From: Candidatus Undinarchaeales archaeon
GTDB lineage: Archaea; SpSt-1190; JASMDC01
Direction: 5' to 3'
Assembly (NCBI GenBank): GCA_030753015.1
Contig: JASMDC010000056.1
Span: 1-19,400, forward strand
Length of the DNA: 19,400 nucleotides
Shown here: positions 8,244 through 14,638 of the stretch, piece after piece
Numbering within the stretch: the first letter of the stretch is position 1
Layout: each line of letters begins with the position of its first letter
The notes under the pieces: generated by a model
The model's input: the letters and a program-made list of their open reading frames with translations, nothing else
Told to the model about the DNA's origin: nothing
Database searches by the model: none
Position numbers and translations under genes: made by a program

Positions 8244-9449
8244 GTGGGGCTGACGGCAAGGTCCCGCAAGCGTACGAAGCACCGGAAGAAGGAAGAGCCC
8301 GATGTCTGGAAGCGGCCCCTCATCGTCGGGCCGGCCCGGGAGGCGTGGAAGCGCCGGCTCCACCTCGCTGCCGCTGTCGTCATCACGACATTCTTTCTCT
8401 TCCAGCTCTACGGTTTCAACCTTCTATACAACGAGTTCAAGTGGGAAGCCGTGGGCAGGCCCGCGGCGCTCGACAGGCACCCCGAGTTCGCCGACGCCCC
8501 CCGGGCCGTGCAGCTGATGTACAAGCCCGACTCGTTCATCTACTACAACAGCATGCTCTCCATGCGCGGAGACCGCGAGTTCGAGCACCGGTACCGCTAC
8601 TTAAGGGCGGGCTACACGATCATGGGCGTGGCGGTATCCCGCGTCCTCCCCATGGACCCCGTCGAGGCGCTCCCCGTCGTCAGCTTCGTACTGATGGGCG
8701 CCGTGCTGTTCCTCACCTACCTCATCTCCGGGAGCGTGCTCGCTCCCGCGCTCTGCTACCTCTGGGGAAACCTCTGGGGGGAGTGGGGCTTTCTCGTGCT
8801 CCCTGACACGGCCGGCGTGCTCTTCCTGCTGCTGGCGCTGTGGTTCAGGTTCCGGCGCCGGTTCGTGCTCTCGCTGGCCACGTTCGCCGTGGGCCTCCTG
8901 ATGCGCGAGATCATCGTGTTCGCGCTGCCCCTCCTCCTGACGGACCGGCGGCTTGACCGGCGCGCTCTGGTCATCGCCGCCATCGGCATCGCGGCCTTCG
9001 TCGTCCTACAGCTGTCCCAGGTGCAGGAGATCGCCGCACGGATGTCGGGGACGATCGGTGGGCGCCTTGCCGAACCGGGAAAGATTCTCGCCGATCTGGT
9101 GCTCGTCTTCCAGGTTGCGTTCGGGCCCTTCGCCTACAAACTCGTGCTCCTGATCCTGGCGTACATCCTGTGCGAGGGGTACGTTCTTCCCGCCGTGATG
9201 GTGGACGCCGAGCGCCGCATGCGCGACCTCCATCTCATCGCAGTGCTGCCCCTCAACCTCGTTATGCTCTTCCTGTTCGCGGAGGACTTCACTGCACGCT
9301 ACATCCTATTCTCCGTGCCGTCCGTCGCCGTGCTCTCCGTCTCGATGATCTGGTCGGCAGGTGCCCTGTTCAGGGCCGCCCTGCAGCAGGAGGCGGCCGG
9401 TGCGGAGCGGACCGGAAAGACGACGGGAAAGAAGGGAAGGGGGGCGTGA
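8244..9449 (+). CDS. Predicted GT-C glycosyltransferase (ArnT/PMT-like), about 401 aa
   Basis: First loop PDSFIY...RAGY, then LPD, LLMRE and late ARYILFSVP, with about 10 TM segments. Exact start is uncertain because the SD-like sequence overlaps the GTG. Confidence 0.7.
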   Translation: MGLTARSRKRTKHRKKEEPDVWKRPLIVGPAREAWKRRLHLAAAVVITTFFLFQLYGFNLLYNEFKWEAVGRPAALDRHPEFADAPRAVQLMYKPDSFIYYNSMLSMRGDREFEHRYRYLRAGYTIMGVAVSRVLPMDPVEALPVVSFVLMGAVLFLTYLISGSVLAPALCYLWGNLWGEWGFLVLPDTAGVLFLLLALWFRFRRRFVLSLATFAVGLLMREIIVFALPLLLTDRRLDRRALVIAAIGIAAFVVLQLSQVQEIAARMSGTIGGRLAEPGKILADLVLVFQVAFGPFAYKLVLLILAYILCEGYVLPAVMVDAERRMRDLHLIAVLPLNLVMLFLFAEDFTARYILFSVPSVAVLSVSMIWSAGALFRAALQQEAAGAERTGKTTGKKGRGA

Positions 9450-10126
9450 GGGCCAACACCATGGGCGACTGGGACGACGTGTGGCGCCGGGTATCACCCG
9501 GTCGGAGCTGGGCCAAGCGCCGCATCGTCGACGTACTCGCCCGACTCGACTGGGAGAAGGACGGTGACGTGATGGACCTGGGGTGTGGGAGCGGAGCGCT
9601 CTCTGCCATGATGGGTGAGTCCTTCCCAGAAGCACGGCTGTGGTTGGTGGACAGCTCCGAGAGGGCAATCGAACTGGCACGAGAGAACGTTGCTCCCGAG
9701 CGTGGCGCGCGGTTCGTTCAAATATCCTTTGAGGACATGGGATCGGGATCGGCCCCCGAACTCGACAAGATGATGGGGCGGTTCTCGCTGGTATACACCG
9801 ACGGACTGCTAGAGCACTTCCCCCGCGCTGAACAGGGCCACATCATCACCGTCTGTCGAAGACTGCTTGCCGACGGCGGGCTCCAGGTCCACGTCGTGCC
9901 CAACCGCTACCATCCCTGGCAGCTGGTGCGGCCTTTCGTCATCCGCGGCATCCCCGAGTCGCCCTTCACCCGGCACGACCACCGGGCGGCAGTCGCGGCA
10001 GCGGGGCTGTCGGAGGAGCTGGAGGGCCACGGTGGCATCTCTGTATTACCGACCGGGTACAGCCCCGAGGGGCTCGGTGAGTATGTTGGAATGCTCCGGT
10101 GGTTCGCATTGCGCCGTCGCGGCTAG
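9446..10126 (+). CDS. Class I SAM-dependent methyltransferase, about 226 aa
   Basis: Motif I MDLGCGSG, LVDSS, GLLEHF, LLADGG, VPN. True start is GTG 9446 (GTGA overlap with the GT-C stop) or ATG 9461, not 9170. Confidence 0.9.
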   Translation: MRANTMGDWDDVWRRVSPGRSWAKRRIVDVLARLDWEKDGDVMDLGCGSGALSAMMGESFPEARLWLVDSSERAIELARENVAPERGARFVQISFEDMGSGSAPELDKMMGRFSLVYTDGLLEHFPRAEQGHIITVCRRLLADGGLQVHVVPNRYHPWQLVRPFVIRGIPESPFTRHDHRAAVAAAGLSEELEGHGGISVLPTGYSPEGLGEYVGMLRWFALRRRG

Positions 10127-11559
10127 CCGCGAAACCTTGACATGTTGTAGTCGACGAAGCTGCGCAGCCCGAAGAGCTTGCGCTTAAGATCGGCGGGCGT
10201 GGCGATGTCGCGGGCCATGCGCGCCATCTGGCCCGGCCGCAGATAGAACTCCCGCAGCCCCTTGTCGATGAGCTCGTCGATCTCCCCCTTGGAAAGGTCT
10301 GGGTAGTCCAGCAGGGTGACCTGCTCGCCCTCAGGCGACACCCACTCCCGCCAGGAGGTGGGGACCATGTACCCGTGCTCGGCCGCCCAGTCGTACAGCG
10401 CCGTCCCGGGGTAGGTGCAGATGCCCGAGACCTGGATGGTGTCGCAGTGCAGCTCTCGCGAGAACCTCAGCGTCGCCTCGGCGGACTCCCGCGTCTCGCC
10501 CGGTGCGCCGACCATGAAGCATCCGTGGATGGTGAATCCCAGCTCGTGGGCGCGCTCGGCGAACCGCCGCGACTGCTCGAGAGTCACGCCTTTTTTCACA
10601 GCGTCCAGCGCCTCCTGGGTGCCGAACTCGAACCCCGTCATGAGCATGCGGCACCCCGCCTCCCGCATGAGCGGCAGGAGGTCGAGGTCGAGGTCCACCC
10701 GGGCGTTGCACGACCAGGTGACTTCCAGGCCCCGGTCCAGAATCTCCCGGCACACGCCCTCGGTGTGAGCGCGCACGGCGGCGAAGGTGTCGGTCTCGAA
10801 CATGATCTCCTGGAGCTGGGGGAAGGTGTGCAGGTCATGCTCGATCTCGTCCACCACGAGATCGGGGGTGCGCAGGCGCAGGGCGCGGCCCTCGATAACC
10901 TGAGTATCGCGACAGAATGTGCACCGTCCGTGGCACCCGCGGCCGGAGAGCAGGGTGAGGAAGGGGAATAGCTTGCCGCCGTCCCAGTACCACTCGGGCT
11001 CGACGTGGTGCCAGGCCGGGAAGGGAAGGTCGTTGACGTCGATCGGAGGACGTGGTGGTGTGTGACGGTTCTGCGACCCGTCCTTGAACGACACTCCGAG
11101 GACGTCCTTGAGCGGGATGCCACGAGCTATGTCGCGCAGGGTGAGATCGTACTCACCGCGGGCGACGGCGTCCACCGCGTCCCCGCCCCGGGCCAGGGTG
11201 TCGTCCGGGACCGCCGTCACGTGGGGGCCGATGAGCACGGTGGTGCACCCGGTGGCCTCCTTGGCCATGGCGGCGAAGGCGATGTCGCTATCGATGGAGG
11301 GTGTTGTCGTGTGGAGCACGGTCACGTCGGGCGAGAAGCGCTCCAGCTCCCGCCGCACCTCCTCAGCGGCCATATTGAGCGTGGCACCATCGATGAACCG
11401 CACATCATGCCCGTCACCCTCAAGCACGGCGACGGCGATGAGCATCCAGTCGGGGTGACGCTGCACCCGACCCCGGCTCCGGGCGGCCCACCGCGCCGAG
11501 CGGCAGAAGTCGGCCACCTCAGGCCAGGGAGGGTTGAGCACGAACACCTTGGCGCCCAT
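10123..11559 (-). CDS. B12-binding-domain radical SAM protein, HpnJ/BchE-like, 478 aa
   Basis: LNPP N-terminus, IGPHVT, RGEYD, GRGCHGRCTFC (CxxxCxxC), ETDTF, WSCNAR, IHGCFMVGAPGET, TIQVS, YPGT, FYLRP. Confidence 0.92.
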   Translation of the reverse strand: MGAKVFVLNPPWPEVADFCRSARWAARSRGRVQRHPDWMLIAVAVLEGDGHDVRFIDGATLNMAAEEVRRELERFSPDVTVLHTTTPSIDSDIAFAAMAKEATGCTTVLIGPHVTAVPDDTLARGGDAVDAVARGEYDLTLRDIARGIPLKDVLGVSFKDGSQNRHTPPRPPIDVNDLPFPAWHHVEPEWYWDGGKLFPFLTLLSGRGCHGRCTFCRDTQVIEGRALRLRTPDLVVDEIEHDLHTFPQLQEIMFETDTFAAVRAHTEGVCREILDRGLEVTWSCNARVDLDLDLLPLMREAGCRMLMTGFEFGTQEALDAVKKGVTLEQSRRFAERAHELGFTIHGCFMVGAPGETRESAEATLRFSRELHCDTIQVSGICTYPGTALYDWAAEHGYMVPTSWREWVSPEGEQVTLLDYPDLSKGEIDELIDKGLREFYLRPGQMARMARDIATPADLKRKLFGLRSFVDYNMSRFRG

Positions 11560-11577
11560 CGGTCATCGTGGGCACGA

Positions 11578-11588
11578 CAACGGTTAAA
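11578..11588 (-). promoter_or_regulatory. TATA-like box TTTAACCGTTG for the radical SAM gene
   Basis: Starts 29 nt upstream of ATG 11559. The identical 11-mer occurs at 18940-18950. Confidence 0.6.
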
Positions 11589-11608
11589 CGTGTTGCGTCG
11601 AAGCGCCG

Positions 11609-12592
11609 TCAGCCGACCCGGCCCAGGAGCCTGTCCACAAGGTGCGCGTACACGCCCGCGCTCCCCGCAAGCGACCTGAGGGACGCCAGCACCGGGGCGA
11701 CGAGCAGCATCGACGGCTCGCTCCTCGCGGCCCAGATGCCCAGGGGGAGGTTTGAGACCAGGAGCAGTCCGAGCCCGAGGGCGGGCGCTGCGGCATGGAC
11801 GGCGGTCGCGGGGAGTGAGAGCACGGCTAGGTTCGCCAGGATGAACTGTGTCTGGGCCTCGTACCCTGTGTAGGAGTCACCGCGGACGAACTTGTCGCGG
11901 TTGCGCAGGTACATGGGCACCCGCCAGTAGCCGCGGTGGTACTGCTGGCGCAAGTAGATGTCAAGAGAGGGCGGATGGTGGTGGCCGACGCGGCCTGCGT
12001 CGGTGAAGAGGAGCCGGCCGCCCTTCTGATGTAGGGTGAACGCCAGGTCGAAGTCCTCACCGCTGGCGGTGCGGAAGTCCGTGCTGAATCCGCCCGCCGC
12101 CAGGAAGGCGTCGCGGCGGTAGGCCGTGGCGTAGGTCGCCAGGACGTCCACCTCCTTTCCCAGGGACCGCTCCTGTCGCCGTGCGATCTCGTGGTCCACG
12201 AACCGCGCCACCAGATGCTCGGGATTGACGGGGAAGTAGCCGCAGGACGCGCCCACCACGTCGTCGTTTAGGGCTCCCGTGAGGGCCGCAAGCCAGTCGG
12301 GGGGCGGGACGCAGTCGGCGTCCAGGAACACGATGATGTCCGCATCGGTCGCCTCAACGCCGCGGTTGCGGGCCGCTGCCGGTCCCTTGTTGTCCTGCTC
12401 GAGCACCGTCACCCGGTGGCGCGAGCGTCCAACGTACTTCCGGGCGATGTCCGGGGAGCGGTCGGTGCTCCCGTCGTCCACGACGATCACGTCGACCGGG
12501 GGATGGTCCTGTGCCTCCAGGGCATCGAGGGTGTCGCCCAGCGTCGCCTCTGCGTTGTACGCGGGGACGATGACGGTGACGTCGGTGTTCAC
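11609..12592 (-). CDS. GT2 glycosyltransferase with C-terminal hydrophobic segments, 327 aa
   Basis: VIVPAYNAE, VVDDGSTD, NKGPAAARNRG, FLDADC, GGF....GEDFDL, QQYHRG. Real start is GTG 12592 (TAGTG overlap with the DUF2304 stop, GGAGG upstream), not 12802. Confidence 0.92.
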   Translation of the reverse strand: MNTDVTVIVPAYNAEATLGDTLDALEAQDHPPVDVIVVDDGSTDRSPDIARKYVGRSRHRVTVLEQDNKGPAAARNRGVEATDADIIVFLDADCVPPPDWLAALTGALNDDVVGASCGYFPVNPEHLVARFVDHEIARRQERSLGKEVDVLATYATAYRRDAFLAAGGFSTDFRTASGEDFDLAFTLHQKGGRLLFTDAGRVGHHHPPSLDIYLRQQYHRGYWRVPMYLRNRDKFVRGDSYTGYEAQTQFILANLAVLSLPATAVHAAAPALGLGLLLVSNLPLGIWAARSEPSMLLVAPVLASLRSLAGSAGVYAHLVDRLLGRVG

Positions 12593-12918
12593 TACTCGTC
12601 GTCCTCCCGCAGGGAGAGGTGGCGGACCACCTTCGTGAGGTTGCGATCCATTTCGTTGAGCCGCAGGTACACCCGCAGGCACAGCAGGAGCGAGGTCACC
12701 GACGCCACGGTGAGGAAGGCGTCGAGGGGCCGATTGAACGCCAGCAGCGCAAGCGCCTGGGCGAAGTGCCCGGGGAGCAGGGTGATGTAGAGCAGCGCGC
12801 ACAACGCAAGCGCCAGCAGCAGGGCGCCTGTGTCAGAGCGGTCGCGGCGCAGGCCCGCGAGCACGCGGACGAGGGCAAGAAGGAGGACGATCGTCCCGAT
12901 TATCTGTATCAGCATCAT
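12592..12918 (-). CDS. DUF2304-family small membrane protein, 108 aa; paralogue of 1168-1527
   Basis: Three TM segments, RPLDA and LTKVVRHLSL. ATGA overlap with the upstream GT2 stop. Confidence 0.85.
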   Translation of the reverse strand: MMLIQIIGTIVLLLALVRVLAGLRRDRSDTGALLLALALCALLYITLLPGHFAQALALLAFNRPLDAFLTVASVTSLLLCLRVYLRLNEMDRNLTKVVRHLSLREDDE

Positions 12919-13586
12919 GGTAGGAACCTCCTAAGGAGCAGGTCGAGGGCGATGGCGACGCCGTCGGCGACACTCGTGCCCTTTCGTGTATCCAGGTAGT
13001 GGGAGCGTATGGGTACCTCCACCAACCTCAGACTGTTGCGGGCGGCCTCGCCAACCATCTCGGAGCAGAACCCGTAACGGTCCACCCGCAGCTCGAACAG
13101 TTCTGCGGCGCGTCGGTTGAGGGCGCGGAAGCCGCTCTGGCTGTCGGTGAGTGGCACGCCGTACAGAAGGCGGGTCAGCCAGGTGAGGCTGTGGTTCCCA
13201 ATACGCTTCACCAGCGGCATATCGTCGATGCCGCCCAAGAACCGCGAGCCGATCACCACGTCGGCCTCGTCCTCGAGAACGGGCCTGGTCACGACGGTGA
13301 TGTCCTCGGCCCGGTGCTGGCCATCGGCGTCCACGGTGACGATGATGTCGGCGCCCAGGTCGAGCGCCCGGCGGATGCCCGTGGCGACGGCCGCCCCTGC
13401 GCCGCGGTTCACCAGGTGGCGGACCACGCGAGCACCGTGCTCCCGGGCAATGGACGAGGTGTCATCGGTGGACCCATCATCAACCACCACGACCTCGGCT
13501 TGAGCGCGCACTCCGTCGACCACATCACCTATGCGGGGGCCCTCGTCGTAGGCCGGTATGACGGCGATGACCTTCGATCCGTTCAC
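12915..13586 (-). CDS. GT2 DPM1-like polyprenyl-phosphate sugar synthase, 223 aa; paralogue of 1559-2245
   Basis: VIPAYDE, DDGSTD, NRGAGAA, DADGQH, IGSRF, TDSQSGFRA, EVPI. Start GTG 13586 with GGAGG upstream, not 13640. Confidence 0.92.
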   Translation of the reverse strand: MNGSKVIAVIPAYDEGPRIGDVVDGVRAQAEVVVVDDGSTDDTSSIAREHGARVVRHLVNRGAGAAVATGIRRALDLGADIIVTVDADGQHRAEDITVVTRPVLEDEADVVIGSRFLGGIDDMPLVKRIGNHSLTWLTRLLYGVPLTDSQSGFRALNRRAAELFELRVDRYGFCSEMVGEAARNSLRLVEVPIRSHYLDTRKGTSVADGVAIALDLLLRRFLP

Positions 13587-13635
13587 ATCCTGTCCTCCCA
13601 CACCGTACGCTCTCCCACAGCAGGGAAGGCACCAC

Positions 13636-13647
13636 CACATTTATGTG
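13636..13647. promoter_or_regulatory. Shared, near-palindromic AT-rich box (CACAT-TT-ATGTG) between divergent genes
   Basis: Only AT-rich element in the 83-nt divergent gap. TTTATG at 13640 is 30 nt upstream of GTG 13670. Confidence 0.5.
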
Positions 13648-13669
13648 TTCTGCTCTCCCTTCCATCCCC

Positions 13670-14638
13670 GTGGATCACGGACGGTGTGCCCGGGGGATCG
13701 CAGCGGTGCTCCTCCTCCTGGTAGTCTCCGCTCTGGGCGCGGACGGCCCGTGCGTGACCATCGCGGACGTGTCGGTCGAACGGACGGACATCTGGGCCTA
13801 CCAGGTGGACATGCTCACCGTCGCTCTCGAGAACGAGTGCGGCGGACAGCGCGAGGTGGAGGTGCTGGCCAATCCCAGCGGACGGTTCACCATTCTGGGC
13901 GAGCATACCGTGCGCCTTGTCCTCGAGGAGCGGCGCGAGCTCGTCTTCACCTTCTATCCCAGGGGCGGTACGGCGGCTCTCACTCATCTCCCGGTGGTCG
14001 TCACGGACCGGACAGGGGGTGATGAGCGCATGGCCGGAGCGAAGGCCGAGCTCTACGTAGCCAATCCTCTGGCCCAGTTGTGGTACACCGCGGCGGTCCT
14101 GTTCCTGGGAGCCGCGTACCTGCGTCGCGGCTGGCTTCGTGAGCAGCTGGAGCTGAGCCCGCTCCCCCTGGCCGTGGGCATCTGGCTCGTTCACCGCGGC
14201 CACCTCTTGGCCACCCGGGGCGCGCTGGCTGGGGCGACCGACGTCACGAACGGGATCGTTGTCGTCGAGCTCGTGGGCCTCGGTCTGCTGCTGGTGGCGT
14301 TCGGCCGCACCGTCTCCCGGACCGCCAGGGCCCACCCGCTCACGCTCGTCATCGCCGTCTACATCCTCGCAAGGACCATCCCTCCGGACGCCTACATCCC
14401 TCCCGACATGGTGCGCGCGTGGGACGCGCGGTCGCTCGTCCCGCTCCGGGAGGAGGCGCTGTTCGTGCTGGCCCTTCCGCTCTACATCCTGGGGGAGGCG
14501 AGCCGACTGCATGTGTTCCACGGGCTCCATCCCGTCGCCGTGCTGGTCGTCGCCGCCCTGCCTACGGTAGTGTACTGGCGAACGCTAGCTCGGGCGTGGC
14601 ATGGTCTGCGACGGGCGGAAGCGGGAACGGTCCTATGA
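13670..14638 (+). CDS. Hypothetical membrane protein: signal peptide, Cys-pair ectodomain, multi-TM; paralogue of 7058-8116; about 322 aa
   Basis: CVTIAD, YQVDML, NECGGQREVEV, FYP, VVVTDRT, NPL, SLVPLREE.LF, LPLY.L.E and YW all have counterparts in the 7058 protein. The track's ATG 13643 lies inside the TATA-like box, so GTG 13670 is preferred. Confidence 0.82.
   Translation: MDHGRCARGIAAVLLLLVVSALGADGPCVTIADVSVERTDIWAYQVDMLTVALENECGGQREVEVLANPSGRFTILGEHTVRLVLEERRELVFTFYPRGGTAALTHLPVVVTDRTGGDERMAGAKAELYVANPLAQLWYTAAVLFLGAAYLRRGWLREQLELSPLPLAVGIWLVHRGHLLATRGALAGATDVTNGIVVVELVGLGLLLVAFGRTVSRTARAHPLTLVIAVYILARTIPPDAYIPPDMVRAWDARSLVPLREEALFVLALPLYILGEASRLHVFHGLHPVAVLVVAALPTVVYWRTLARAWHGLRRAEAGTVL

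Noticed and set aside
10123-11559. Assigning the symbol hpnJ and a hopanoid pathway
   Set aside because: No squalene-hopene cyclase or other hpn genes in the window, the context looks archaeal, and key motifs deviate.
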